A model generated the notes under the pieces. That model saw only the letters and a program-made list of their open reading frames with translations. It was not told where the DNA came from and did no database searches. From contig CP169074.1 of NCBI GenBank assembly GCA_041891055.1, positions 928,001 to 992,000 on the forward strand: a stretch of DNA of 64,000 nt. Reading direction: 5' to 3'. Source of the stretch: Halorutilales archaeon Cl-col2-1. Lineage in GTDB: Archaea > Halobacteriota > Halobacteria > Halobacteriales > Afararchaeaceae. This document shows, piece by piece, positions 30,088 to 39,772 of the stretch (position 1 is its first letter; each line of letters begins with the position of its first letter). The position numbers and the translations under genes are program-made.

Positions 30088-30819
30088 ATGCTGGGAAACT
30101 CTTTAATGCCGGACAGCCAACTAGAGTCTATGCTTCCCGACTGCGAGACGGTTTACGAGAATCTCAAGACTAGCTTTGTCGACGTCGAAGCACTGAGGGA
30201 CGACATCGAGAGACAGAGGATAAGCGGCTATCTCAGGTTCGAAGGACGTGGGGACGAGGGAGTAGTCGTGTTCGAGGAGGGTGAGCCTCAGAAAGCGAGA
30301 GTTGAGACAGGAGATACCACGGAGGTACTCGAAGAGTTCGACGAGGTGCTGGAGATACTCGCCACAGGAGAGTACAGCCTCGAAGTCTCCGACTGTGACG
30401 ACACCGAGATACAGATAATACGTAACCAGATGACAGGAAGCATCGTCGAGGAGAACCTCTCGACACGTTACATAAATCTCAGAAACTACCTTCTCAAGCT
30501 CGACGACGACTTCGACGGCTACATAACAGTTGACGAGGATGAGTTCCAGGGTATGATTACGATCGAAGACGGCGACGCGTCGGGTGCTATTCTCGAAACC
30601 GACGGTGAAGCCGTAATGGGCAACGACGCCGTAGACGAGATACTCGGTGCCTCGGAGGAGAGAAATCTACATCTCGACGTCTACCGGATCGAGGAGGAGA
30701 CCGACGACGACGAGACGACCGACAGGGTGAAGCAGGAGATAGAGAAGATATCCGAGGACTTCGAGGACAAGGCGGACGAGATACTCGACGACATGGGGCT
30801 CAACCCCGACGATCTTTAG
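30088..30819 (+). CDS. DUF2226-like protein (two tandem domains)
   Basis: YENLKTSFVD...SGYL / ENLSTRYIN...FDGYI internal duplication; next to minD. Confidence 0.7.
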   Translation: MLGNSLMPDSQLESMLPDCETVYENLKTSFVDVEALRDDIERQRISGYLRFEGRGDEGVVVFEEGEPQKARVETGDTTEVLEEFDEVLEILATGEYSLEVSDCDDTEIQIIRNQMTGSIVEENLSTRYINLRNYLLKLDDDFDGYITVDEDEFQGMITIEDGDASGAILETDGEAVMGNDAVDEILGASEERNLHLDVYRIEEETDDDETTDRVKQEIEKISEDFEDKADEILDDMGLNPDDL

Positions 30820-30824
30820 CTAGC

Positions 30825-31034
30825 CTACCTCTCGTTTTTCTTTATCGACTGAATGCTCGACTGAAGCTTCTCGACCTCGTCGTCGGTGAGCTGAACCTCC
30901 GACTGGAGGCTCTCCACCTTGTTCTTGAGCTGTTTTATCCTGACGTGCATCAGGTAGTTTATGCCGAGCATCACGAGTATTACCGCCGAGAGTATACCGA
31001 TTAACGCGTTTATTATCAAGCTCATGTTTATCAT
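30825..31034 (-). CDS. Small single-TM coiled-coil protein
   Basis: Hydrophobic N-terminal helix then heptads; ATGA overlap with minD stop. Confidence 0.75.
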   Translation of the reverse strand: MINMSLIINALIGILSAVILVMLGINYLMHVRIKQLKNKVESLQSEVQLTDDEVEKLQSSIQSIKKNER

Positions 31035-31813
31035 CCGAATAACGTCTTTGCCATTCTGGAGACGAATCCCTCTTCTTCCTCCTCCTCGGATATCTCATCC
31101 TCGAACTCCTCACCCGAGAGACGTGACGCGAGTCTCTTGTACGCCCTCGAAGCCGGAGAGTTGGGGGAGTGTACGACCACGGGACGTTTGTAGATCGCCG
31201 ACTTCCTGACCTCGGGATCCTCGGGGACACGTTCGAGAACCTCGACCTCAAGTATCTCCTCTATCCTCTCGACATTCATCTCACTCTCCTCGTTGCTAGT
31301 CCTCGTGAGTACGGCACCCGCAACGTCAGTTCCGAGCTTCTCAGCCATTATGTTGGTCTTGGTGGCATCAGCCATGCTCGATATCTCGGGATTGACGACG
31401 AGTATAACCTCATCAGCTACCGAGAGGGGTATCATGCTCTCCTTGCTCAGACCCGCTGGGGCGTCTATGAGTAGATACTCGGTCTTCTTGGTTATGTAAG
31501 TGAGTGCCTCTTCGAGACGGTCGGAGTCGGCTTTCTCGAACCCTTCAAGAGAGAGTCCCGCGGGTACGACCTTGAGTCCCTCGTAGCTCTCGTAGACTGC
31601 GTTGTTGACAGTCTCCTCACCAGAGAGAACCTGGTGGAGCGTAACCGGCTCCTCCTCGTGTCCGAGGACGAGTCCGAGATTCGCCATGCCTATGTCAGCG
31701 TCGAGTACAGTCGTCTCCTTCCCGAGCTGTGCGAGAGCAGTCCCGAGGTTAACCGTAGTAGTTGTCTTTCCCGTTCCTCCTTTTCCGGAGGCTATCGTGA
31801 ACACCTTCGTCAT
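31031..31813 (-). CDS. minD: MinD-family ATPase
   Basis: ASGKGGTGKTT, DADIGMANL, IDAPAG, PEDPEVR, C-terminal amphipathic GFVSRMAKTLFG. Confidence 0.93.
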   Translation of the reverse strand: MTKVFTIASGKGGTGKTTTTVNLGTALAQLGKETTVLDADIGMANLGLVLGHEEEPVTLHQVLSGEETVNNAVYESYEGLKVVPAGLSLEGFEKADSDRLEEALTYITKKTEYLLIDAPAGLSKESMIPLSVADEVILVVNPEISSMADATKTNIMAEKLGTDVAGAVLTRTSNEESEMNVERIEEILEVEVLERVPEDPEVRKSAIYKRPVVVHSPNSPASRAYKRLASRLSGEEFEDEISEEEEEEGFVSRMAKTLFG

Positions 31814-31819
31814 TCTGTG

Positions 31820-32530
31820 TCACCCGAACATCCCTGATATGCGGTCGACTATGCTCGATCCCTTCTCGGTCGTCTCGTGCTCGCCGTTCCCCGACGACTG
31901 GGCGACCATCCTGTGGAGATATGTGTCTATCGCCAGCTGCATGTCGAAGTTGATGAGGCGGAGGTAGGCGAGTATGTCGTTCCTGAGTTCGTCGAGGTCG
32001 TCGAACACCTCCTCGTCTACGTCGTGGTGGCGTCTCATCTTGTCATAGGTGTCGTCGAATAGCTCTTCAAGTACCATCTCGTGGTAGGTCGAGTAGGCTC
32101 CTATGTACCACGGAGGTGTGAGTCCGATGAGGACATGCATGTAGCCTATCGCAAGACGGCTCTTGGCGTACGACTCACCGTATCCCGCTCCCCCGCCAGG
32201 CTCGTAGCCGTAGTTTCCGAGACTAAGGAGATACCTCTTCTGTGTCTCTTTTAACTGGTCTACTGTCACGTCCGTGTCGGATATTACGTCAGCGGTCTCG
32301 TTGTATATAAGGAGCTTGTCGTAGAACTCGTCTGCCAAGTCGTCCTGTATACGTTCGAAGACGGGCGTCATACGCATCACGCGTTTTTCGTCTTCGTCGT
32401 CGAAGTCGACGTATCTCTTCCGCATCTCGATGAGATCCTCGTCGAACCCCATCTCCTCGTAGAGCCAGTCCTTGTCAAACTGTCTGGTATCAGACCGACC
32501 TCCCGGTTCTGAGTCTCCGTCCCCTGACAT
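31820..32530 (-). CDS. Stand-alone sensor-globin/protoglobin-domain protein
   Basis: RKRYVDFD...DEFYDKL...LKETQKRYL...RLAIGYMHVLIGL..WYIGAY...DMQLAIDTY; paralogous to the globin of 17538-19631. Confidence 0.88.
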   Translation of the reverse strand: MSGDGDSEPGGRSDTRQFDKDWLYEEMGFDEDLIEMRKRYVDFDDEDEKRVMRMTPVFERIQDDLADEFYDKLLIYNETADVISDTDVTVDQLKETQKRYLLSLGNYGYEPGGGAGYGESYAKSRLAIGYMHVLIGLTPPWYIGAYSTYHEMVLEELFDDTYDKMRRHHDVDEEVFDDLDELRNDILAYLRLINFDMQLAIDTYLHRMVAQSSGNGEHETTEKGSSIVDRISGMFG

Positions 32531-32581
32531 GGATACAGTATAGCCTTCGCAACTTCCTTATATCTACCGGAGCCGGAAGAT

Positions 32582-33034
32582 TTAAGGGGAAAACCTTCCC
32601 GAAATCCCCGCCTCTGAGACGACGTGTCCGTCGACAGCGTCGAGTACGTCCTCCTTCGTCGACGTCTCGGGTATGTCAAGTGTCGTGTCGACGGCGTAGA
32701 TACGGATCCGGTAGCTGTGTTCGCGGTCGGGAGGATTGGGACCTCCGTATCCCCTGTCGCCGTAGTCGTTTTTCGCCTCGACACCTCCGAGAGATCCGAC
32801 GTCGGCATCCTCGGATATCTCACGTGTCGAGGGATCGAGGTTCCAGACTACCCAGTGATCCCAGACCTTTCCAGCGGGCTCGACGGCGTCGGGGTCGTCG
32901 ACGATCAAGACAAGAGACTCGGCTTCGTCAGGGACTTCGTCGACCTCCAGAGGAGGTGAGACGTTCCGGTTCGTGTAGCCGTACTCACGGGGTATCTCCC
33001 CACCGTCTTCGAACGCAGGGCTAGACAGCCTCAT
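32582..33034 (-). CDS. YbhB/YbcL (PEBP) family protein
   Basis: LSSPAF, DDPDA, WDHWVVWN, YGGPNPP, HSYR. Confidence 0.92.
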   Translation of the reverse strand: MRLSSPAFEDGGEIPREYGYTNRNVSPPLEVDEVPDEAESLVLIVDDPDAVEPAGKVWDHWVVWNLDPSTREISEDADVGSLGGVEAKNDYGDRGYGGPNPPDREHSYRIRIYAVDTTLDIPETSTKEDVLDAVDGHVVSEAGISGRFSP

Positions 33035-33126
33035 GTCCGAGAAGATTCTCCTCGGGGAACAAAAGTCTGACCCCTGTCTTTCGGCGTGCCCTTGTGTATT
33101 AATACATAGAAGACTCATATACGTCT

Positions 33127-34383
33127 ATGTCAGACACGAAAGAGGTAGGAGTCGTAGGCGGCGGCGTCGCGGGGCTCGTGGCGGCGAGACGTCTCAGTAA
33201 GTCGGGATTCGATGTCACAGTCTACGAGAAGAACGCCGAGGTCGGTGGGCGCGTGAGATCCGAGAAACGTGACGGTTTCGTCTTCGACAGGGGATTCCAG
33301 GTCTTCTTCACCGCGTATCCCGAGGCGAGACGCCAGCTCAACTACGACAAACTCGACCTGCGTTACTTCGACCCCGGTGCCGACGTCGCACACGGCGGAC
33401 GTGTCTCGACCCTGTCTGACCCACTCCGAAAGCCCACCGATCTACTCTCGACGGCTATGAGCCGTGTCGCAACGGTGGGCGACAAGCTACGTCTGATGAG
33501 TCTGAGAGGCGGAGTCGGAAGGAAGTCACCGAGAGAGATATTCGAGGGTACCGACACGTCGATACGTGAGTACCTCGTCTCTAAGGGCTTCTCCGACTGT
33601 TTCATAGAGGCATTCGCGGAGCCGTTCTACGGCGGTATCACCCTCGACGCGTCGCTGTCGACTTCGAAGAAGGTCTTCGAGTTCACATTCAAGATGATGT
33701 CAGAGGGAAAAGTCGGGGTTCCGTCGGGTGGAATGGGAGAGATCCCTGCACAGATAGCACGGAGAGCCGAGTCGAACGATGTCGAGATCAGGAGAGGAGA
33801 CTGGGTTGAGGAGATAGGAGACGATGCGACTCTGACGGTCGACGGAGAGACTTACGAGTACGACGCAGTCGTAGTGGCGACAGATCCGAAAGAAGCGAGA
33901 CGTCTCACACGTGCCGACAACATACCTACAGAGGCGAGGTCGTGTGTGACCCAGTACTACGAACTCGAACTCTCGGAGACGGGGATGGGGAAGAGGATTC
34001 TTCTCAACGTCGATACGTCGAAGCCGAACCACGTCGTCCCTCTCTCGAACGTCGCTCCCGAGTACACTCCCGACGGAAGAGAGATGGCATCAGCTGTCTT
34101 CCTCGGCTTGCCGAACGAGGACGACGACGGTCTGAGAAGGAAGACTCAGAGCCTCCTCGAAAAACAGTACGGAGTCGGAGACCTCGAAATCTTGCACACC
34201 GACAGGATAGAGTTTGCCCAGTTCGCACAGCCGCCCGGCATACATTCACGTCTGCCGTCGAACCGTCTCTCGGAGGGGCACGACGTCTACTTAGCCGGCG
34301 AGTTCACCGAGGCGTCTTCGATAAACGCCGCGATGGCGAGCGGACGTAAGGCGGCGAAGGCTGTTACTGAGGATCTGGGCTAG
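33127..34383 (+). CDS. FAD-dependent oxidoreductase (amine oxidase/phytoene desaturase superfamily)
   Basis: VVGGGVAGL, EKNAEVGGR, FDRGFQV, YLAGE...SINAAMASG. Confidence 0.88.
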   Translation: MSDTKEVGVVGGGVAGLVAARRLSKSGFDVTVYEKNAEVGGRVRSEKRDGFVFDRGFQVFFTAYPEARRQLNYDKLDLRYFDPGADVAHGGRVSTLSDPLRKPTDLLSTAMSRVATVGDKLRLMSLRGGVGRKSPREIFEGTDTSIREYLVSKGFSDCFIEAFAEPFYGGITLDASLSTSKKVFEFTFKMMSEGKVGVPSGGMGEIPAQIARRAESNDVEIRRGDWVEEIGDDATLTVDGETYEYDAVVVATDPKEARRLTRADNIPTEARSCVTQYYELELSETGMGKRILLNVDTSKPNHVVPLSNVAPEYTPDGREMASAVFLGLPNEDDDGLRRKTQSLLEKQYGVGDLEILHTDRIEFAQFAQPPGIHSRLPSNRLSEGHDVYLAGEFTEASSINAAMASGRKAAKAVTEDLG

Positions 34384-34385
34384 AC

Positions 34386-34841
34386 CTAGAAGACGGAACA
34401 GGCGTCGCCGTCGCAGTCCGACGAGTAGCGGTAGTATACAAGACTCCCGAGGAGTAAGACCGAGACGATCCCCAGGAAGGGGCGGAGTGGGTCGAAGTAG
34501 GTCATTATGGCTGTGTTTGAGAAAAACGCGAGGAGTACGACGTTACAGATCGGACAGCCGAACGAGAGAAATCCGAGTGCTCCGCCTACGAAGGCGAGAC
34601 GGTCGTTAGACGTGTCTTCGGCATCGGAGGCTCCACGGGTTAGATCAGTCTGTGCGGCGTAGACGCCTATGAGAACAGAGGTGAGTGTCAGAAACGTGTA
34701 GTCGAGGGGCGTCCGCGGTACCCTGCGTATGTATATCGGGTTGGGAATCAGAGCAGTCACGACTCCGAAGACTAAGAAGAAGCCCGCTCCTACAGCCGCG
34801 GATCTGAGAAGGTTCGACATCTGAGTTCTCGACAGGTTCAT
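34386..34841 (-). CDS. 4-TM membrane protein with GCPIC motif
   Basis: Hydrophobic segments, IPNP, FGCPICN, C-terminal CDGDAC. Confidence 0.75.
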   Translation of the reverse strand: MNLSRTQMSNLLRSAAVGAGFFLVFGVVTALIPNPIYIRRVPRTPLDYTFLTLTSVLIGVYAAQTDLTRGASDAEDTSNDRLAFVGGALGFLSFGCPICNVVLLAFFSNTAIMTYFDPLRPFLGIVSVLLLGSLVYYRYSSDCDGDACSVF

Positions 34842-34922
34842 CGCACGCGACTTGGAGACTCTGGCTTAAGTGTCTACCGGCGTGACGTAAGACATATACG
34901 GCATCGTATGCTAACAGTTTAC

Positions 34923-35468
34923 ATGACTGACTTGGTGGGCTCTGAGAAACGTATCTCGGACGAGGACATTCTGGTCAGGCTCCTCCAGATGGGAGTTGTG
35001 ATAGAGGAGTACGCCGAGGAGAAGAGTGCCTTCATAAGCGGAAGATCAACTCAGAACGACTACATACAGGAGATTCTCCTCGACGCACTCGACGAGAGCC
35101 AGACACACCGTGATACCCTCATAGATCTGATAGACGAGGTTAGAACCGACGAAACCAGGATGGACGCGCGACACGTCGAGGAACTCGTGAGAGAACGCGT
35201 GGAGAGATCGATAGACGCCGAGACCGACGAGCAGGCTCTGAGGGAACAGCTCAGAAGCGAGAGGCTCGCGTACAGTTTCTACGACACACTTATAGACGCG
35301 TGTGAGAATACTAAGACATCCGAGGGAGAGACCGAAACCGGAGTCGAAGGGGATCTGGAGATGAACGACGACAAGGTACAGAAAGTGGTTTCGACTCTCA
35401 AGGAGATACGCGAGGACGAGAAAGAGGACGCCCGTAAGATAGAGAACATACTAAAGGGGGTAGCGTAA
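34923..35468 (+). CDS. Ferritin-like domain protein
   Basis: LLQMGVVIEE, ESQTHR, QLRSERLAYSFY, IREDEKED. Confidence 0.8.
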   Translation: MTDLVGSEKRISDEDILVRLLQMGVVIEEYAEEKSAFISGRSTQNDYIQEILLDALDESQTHRDTLIDLIDEVRTDETRMDARHVEELVRERVERSIDAETDEQALREQLRSERLAYSFYDTLIDACENTKTSEGETETGVEGDLEMNDDKVQKVVSTLKEIREDEKEDARKIENILKGVA

Positions 35469-35469
35469 A

Positions 35470-35940
35470 ATGCAAGAAGGAGAACCAGAGTCAGAGATAG
35501 GCATAGACGTGGACTCAGACACAGATACGATGAGCGAAAGCACCGAGATGTACCTCAAGGAGATCTACATACTCTCGAAGGACGGCGACCCGGCGAGGAC
35601 GGGCAGAATTGCCGATCGACTCGGCGTCTCACCTCCGAGCGTGACTGAGATGCTACGGAACTTAGAGGAGGACGGGCTCGTCGAGTACGAGAAGTACAAG
35701 GGTGCGAGGCTGACTCCCGAGGGAGAGGAGAGAGCGAGGAGTCTTCTCCAGAAACACTGCCTCATAGAGAGGTTCCTCGTCAAGTTCCTCGATGTCGAGA
35801 ACGGCTTCCACGACGAAGCGTGCAGAATAGAACACGTCATGAGCGACGACGTAGCCTCCGAGCTAAGCGAACTCGTCGACCAGGAACCCGAGTGTCCCGA
35901 CTGCTACTCGGCGGAGTTACAGCACTGTGCTAAGCTTTGA
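35470..35940 (+). CDS. DtxR/MntR-family metal-dependent regulator
   Basis: EMYLKEIY, LGVSPPSVTEM, YEKYKG, KHCLIERFL, EACRIEH. Confidence 0.93.
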   Translation: MQEGEPESEIGIDVDSDTDTMSESTEMYLKEIYILSKDGDPARTGRIADRLGVSPPSVTEMLRNLEEDGLVEYEKYKGARLTPEGEERARSLLQKHCLIERFLVKFLDVENGFHDEACRIEHVMSDDVASELSELVDQEPECPDCYSAELQHCAKL

Positions 35941-35985
35941 ATAAAATAAACGCGAGTCGTAGTCTTACTCTATTCTACTCTACTA

Positions 35986-37173
35986 TCAGTCGTCAGCGAC
36001 CATGCTTTCCTCGGTCGCGGCACAGCGGTTGGGACCTAGTTCGAGTTCGTCTTCCTCGGCTTTGTCCTCAGGCTCGTAGTCGCCGCTGTTGGTGGCGATG
36101 ACCTTCTCGTAGTTGGGGGGCTTCGAGGGTATGTTGTCGAACATGTAATCGACGAACTCGTCCTCGTCCATCTGGAGCGCTCTGTTGTTCTGTCTGAGGT
36201 AACCGACAGTCGTCATCATAGGTGTACCAGGTGTGACGTCGATGAACTCGCCGTCGTCTGTGACCGAGAAATGTCCCGGGAGTATCTTGACTGTGTCGGG
36301 CTCCGAGAGTATCTTGTCGTGGAGGGTGTCGTACTGCATCTCGGCACCTCCCTTTGCCTCGTCTCCCGCGAACTGAAGCTCTGTGCGTCCTATCGACTCG
36401 ACGAAGACTGTGTCTCCCGTCGTCAGAGCCTCGTCGTTGATGAGGTACGACGTCATTCCCGTCGTGTGCCCGGGCGTCGGGATCGCCTTGATGTCGACGT
36501 TCTCTCCGACTTCGAGTACCTCGTTCTGGTCTAAGCCGTCGAAGTCGTAGTCGGGGTCTCTCGTTCTCGCCCTCTCACCTAAGTGGTACGGAACACCGAG
36601 CTCGTCGGCGAGTCTACGTCCTCCCGAGATATGGTCGGCGTGGATATGTGTGTCTAAGACGTGGGTAATCTTGTAGCCGTACTCCGACGCAGTATCACGG
36701 AACTTCTTCGTCGCACGTGTGACGTCTATCGCCGCAGCCTCCCCGGTCGCCTTGTCACCGACTATGTATCCGAGGCATCCCTTCGATCTCCTCTGAAGCT
36801 GTATGATCTCTATCTCGTCGCTCTGTGTGGCGATAGGCACGACGTCGTAGACCATACTCCACGCTTCCATGCCGCCCTCGACGCTCTTTACGTCGTCGTA
36901 TCCCTCTCCTTCGAGATACTCGGCGAAGTCCTTCGACGACTTGCCCTTCGCACAGACTGTGACTACCTCGGTGTCCTCGTCTATGCCGTACTCGTCGACG
37001 ACGTCTTCCCAGTCACCTCTGAGTTCGTCGTCGGAGTGGGAGTACTCGACGTTGACCGCGCCGCCGATGTGCCAGTTCTCGTAGTCCTCCTGGTTCCTCG
37101 TGTCTACGAGAACGTAGTCGTCGTCACTGTCCTGCTTGTCTCTGAGTTCCTCTACGGTTATCATCTGTGTCAT
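35986..37173 (-). CDS. Rhodanese + metallo-beta-lactamase fusion (persulfide dioxygenase-like)
   Basis: VDTR..HIGGA..CAKGKSS..GGMEAW; GCLGY, THIHADHISG, TPGHT, TGDT, PGH, GPNRCA. Confidence 0.9.
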   Translation of the reverse strand: MTQMITVEELRDKQDSDDDYVLVDTRNQEDYENWHIGGAVNVEYSHSDDELRGDWEDVVDEYGIDEDTEVVTVCAKGKSSKDFAEYLEGEGYDDVKSVEGGMEAWSMVYDVVPIATQSDEIEIIQLQRRSKGCLGYIVGDKATGEAAAIDVTRATKKFRDTASEYGYKITHVLDTHIHADHISGGRRLADELGVPYHLGERARTRDPDYDFDGLDQNEVLEVGENVDIKAIPTPGHTTGMTSYLINDEALTTGDTVFVESIGRTELQFAGDEAKGGAEMQYDTLHDKILSEPDTVKILPGHFSVTDDGEFIDVTPGTPMMTTVGYLRQNNRALQMDEDEFVDYMFDNIPSKPPNYEKVIATNSGDYEPEDKAEEDELELGPNRCAATEESMVADD

Positions 37174-37411
37174 GGTTGAGACCACATCCAAATAATAGAG
37201 CCTAATATATAAGGGTTGCGCGGGCTGGTTCCCGAACAAAACAGTATAGCAGAAATACTCCCCGAGATTAAAATTATATAGGAAAGTCATGCCTATTTGG
37301 GAGACAAGTTTGGATTAAACGGCTATATACCGGTTAGTATTGCCTCGTTCATACTCGACGTGGACAGAAATATATACATCCAGAAGTATTATGTGTACGG
37401 GGGGAACTCAA

Positions 37412-38494
37412 ATGTCATCCGAATCCGAGGCTATCGACGGACTTCCACCAAGCGCCAAGCTCGTGTACAAGACCCTCGAATACAACGGTCAGATGAACCA
37501 GAAAGATCTCAGTGACGAGTCACGTCTGTCTCCTCGGACGGTGAGATACGCCATAGAACGTCTCAGAGAAGAGGATCTGATACACGAGACACCCTCGCTC
37601 GACGACGGCAGATGCAGTTTCTACAGCCTCAAGAGGAGTCTGAGCTCAAAGGGCGAGTACTCCAAGGATGTCGTAGTCGACGCCGACTGTGTGAATGACA
37701 GGATCGACGAAATACGTGACGGAAGTTCGTCAGTTCGTCTCGTCGAGGCTAACTTTGAGAGCGACTCGTATGACGACGGACATATACCCGGCGCTGTCGA
37801 GCTTACGTGGGAGGAGTTCCAGGACTCGACGAGGAGGGGGCTTCCGTCGAAGGAGAAGTTCGAGAGTCTCGTGGGGAACCTAGGTATCATCGACGACTCG
37901 ACAGTCATCCTCTACGGCGACTCGTCGAACCGTTTCGCCGCTTACGTCTACTGGGCATTCAGGTACTACGGACACGACGATGTCTATCTGCTCGATGGGG
38001 GTAAGAGATACTGGGTAGAGGAATCGTACCCGATCTCTTCCGACGACGAGGGCTTCGAGACGCGTGACTACTCCTCAGAGGGCTCGTTCAAGAACATACG
38101 TGCCTACCGAGAGGAGATCAGGAATGCTTTCAACTCCGAGACAGTCATACTCGACGTCAGAAACAGGGACGAGTTCACGGGCGAGGAGGTTCCCGACGAC
38201 AAGGCAGCCGTCGGAGGACATATCCCCGACGCCATAAACCTCCCCTGGCACAGAAACATCGACGACGACGGTACTTTCAAGGACAGGGACGAGCTTGAGG
38301 AGATATACTCCGAGGAGATGTCGAGAACTAACAGGGTGATCGTCTACTGTAACGTCGGCGAAAGGTCGGCACTTTCGTGGTTCGTCCTGTCGGAGCTACT
38401 CGGCTACAGCTACGTCTCGAACTACGACGGCTCTTGGACTGAGTGGGGTAACCTCGTCGACGCCCCCATCGAGACCGGAAGCGGGCATAGATGA
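37412..38494 (+). CDS. Winged-HTH fused to tandem-rhodanese thiosulfate sulfurtransferase
   Basis: LPPSAKLVYKTL...SRLSPRTVRYAIERL; GHIPGA, LLDGG, YCNVGERS, NYDGSWTEW. Confidence 0.9.
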   Translation: MSSESEAIDGLPPSAKLVYKTLEYNGQMNQKDLSDESRLSPRTVRYAIERLREEDLIHETPSLDDGRCSFYSLKRSLSSKGEYSKDVVVDADCVNDRIDEIRDGSSSVRLVEANFESDSYDDGHIPGAVELTWEEFQDSTRRGLPSKEKFESLVGNLGIIDDSTVILYGDSSNRFAAYVYWAFRYYGHDDVYLLDGGKRYWVEESYPISSDDEGFETRDYSSEGSFKNIRAYREEIRNAFNSETVILDVRNRDEFTGEEVPDDKAAVGGHIPDAINLPWHRNIDDDGTFKDRDELEEIYSEEMSRTNRVIVYCNVGERSALSWFVLSELLGYSYVSNYDGSWTEWGNLVDAPIETGSGHR

Positions 38495-38590
38495 GATTTA
38501 CTTGCATTTCTTGCCTATATATCACATACATACGGTATGGTGTGGCAGGTATTGCCACGACCTAAGTTTTGATTAGGGGCTGATAACAAT

Positions 38591-39763
38591 ATGACGGACA
38601 TGGATAGGATAGCAATCCTAGGTGCCGGCTCAGGCGGTGCGATGACAGCGAATCTCCTGCGCCGTAAGTTGGATCGTGACGAGGCAGAGATTACAGTTAT
38701 AGACAAGAGTGACGAACATTTCTACCAGCCGTCGTTCTATCTCATCCCGTTCGGGTATATGTATCCCGAGGATCAGCACAGACCCATGGATGAGATACTC
38801 AACGACGAGATCGAGTTCGTCCACGACGAAGTAACGGGGGTAGATCCCGATGCAGAGGTCGTCGAGTGTGCGGGAACCGAGGTGGATTACGACTACCTTA
38901 TAGTCTCGACGGGACACACACTCGAAGAGGAAACAACTCCGGGAATGAAGGAAGGATGGGAAGAGACCGACTCGGTCTATCCCTACTACAACTTCGAAGC
39001 AGCAGTCGAGATGCAGGACGCGGTAGAGGACTTCGACGGAGGTACTTTCCTCGTCACAGTCCCCGACACACCCATAAAGTGTGGAGGTGCGCCCCTCAAG
39101 ATGACGATGCTCGCCGAGGACTACATGGACAGAAAGGGCATACGTGACGACTGTGAGTTCATTATGGCGAAGCCCTCGGGTGCGGTCTTCGGTGTCGAGC
39201 CCTACAAGCAGAAGCTCGAAGAGATCTGGGACAACCGCGACATACAGTTCGAGGCGAACTTCTCCGTCGAGGAGGTCGACTACGAGAACCAGGTCGTGAA
39301 GTCGGACGACGGAAGGGAGATAGAGTACGACCTCTACGCTCCCGTCTCGCCCCAGTTCGGAGTCGACGCTATCACTGAGGAATCGCCCCTCACGAACGGC
39401 GGCGAGTACGTTGACTCCGACAAGTACACGATGCAGCACAACGAATACGACAACGTCTTCGCGATAGGAGACGGCTCTCCCGCGGGTGCCGCGAAGACCG
39501 CCGCCGCGGCGCGTAAGGAGTCACACGTAGCTGTCAAGAACCTCATAGCCGAGATGAACGACGAGCCGATGAGGGCGGAGTACGACGGATACGCCGCGTG
39601 TCCTCTTCTCACGGGCAAGAACAAGGCGATGGTCGCCGAGTTCAGCTACGACGAGAGCATCTCAGCCCCCATAGAGACTAGGATGAACTGGATAATGGAC
39701 ATAAACGTGATCCCACCGATGTACTGGGACATGTGGATGAGGGGCTACGACCCCGTACCATAG
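38591..39763 (+). CDS. sqr: Sulfide:quinone oxidoreductase-family flavoprotein
   Basis: LGAGSGG, HFYQP, IKCGGAP, FAIGD, YDGYAACP (two redox Cys). Confidence 0.82.
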   Translation: MTDMDRIAILGAGSGGAMTANLLRRKLDRDEAEITVIDKSDEHFYQPSFYLIPFGYMYPEDQHRPMDEILNDEIEFVHDEVTGVDPDAEVVECAGTEVDYDYLIVSTGHTLEEETTPGMKEGWEETDSVYPYYNFEAAVEMQDAVEDFDGGTFLVTVPDTPIKCGGAPLKMTMLAEDYMDRKGIRDDCEFIMAKPSGAVFGVEPYKQKLEEIWDNRDIQFEANFSVEEVDYENQVVKSDDGREIEYDLYAPVSPQFGVDAITEESPLTNGGEYVDSDKYTMQHNEYDNVFAIGDGSPAGAAKTAAAARKESHVAVKNLIAEMNDEPMRAEYDGYAACPLLTGKNKAMVAEFSYDESISAPIETRMNWIMDINVIPPMYWDMWMRGYDPVP

Positions 39764-39772
39764 GTGGAAAAT

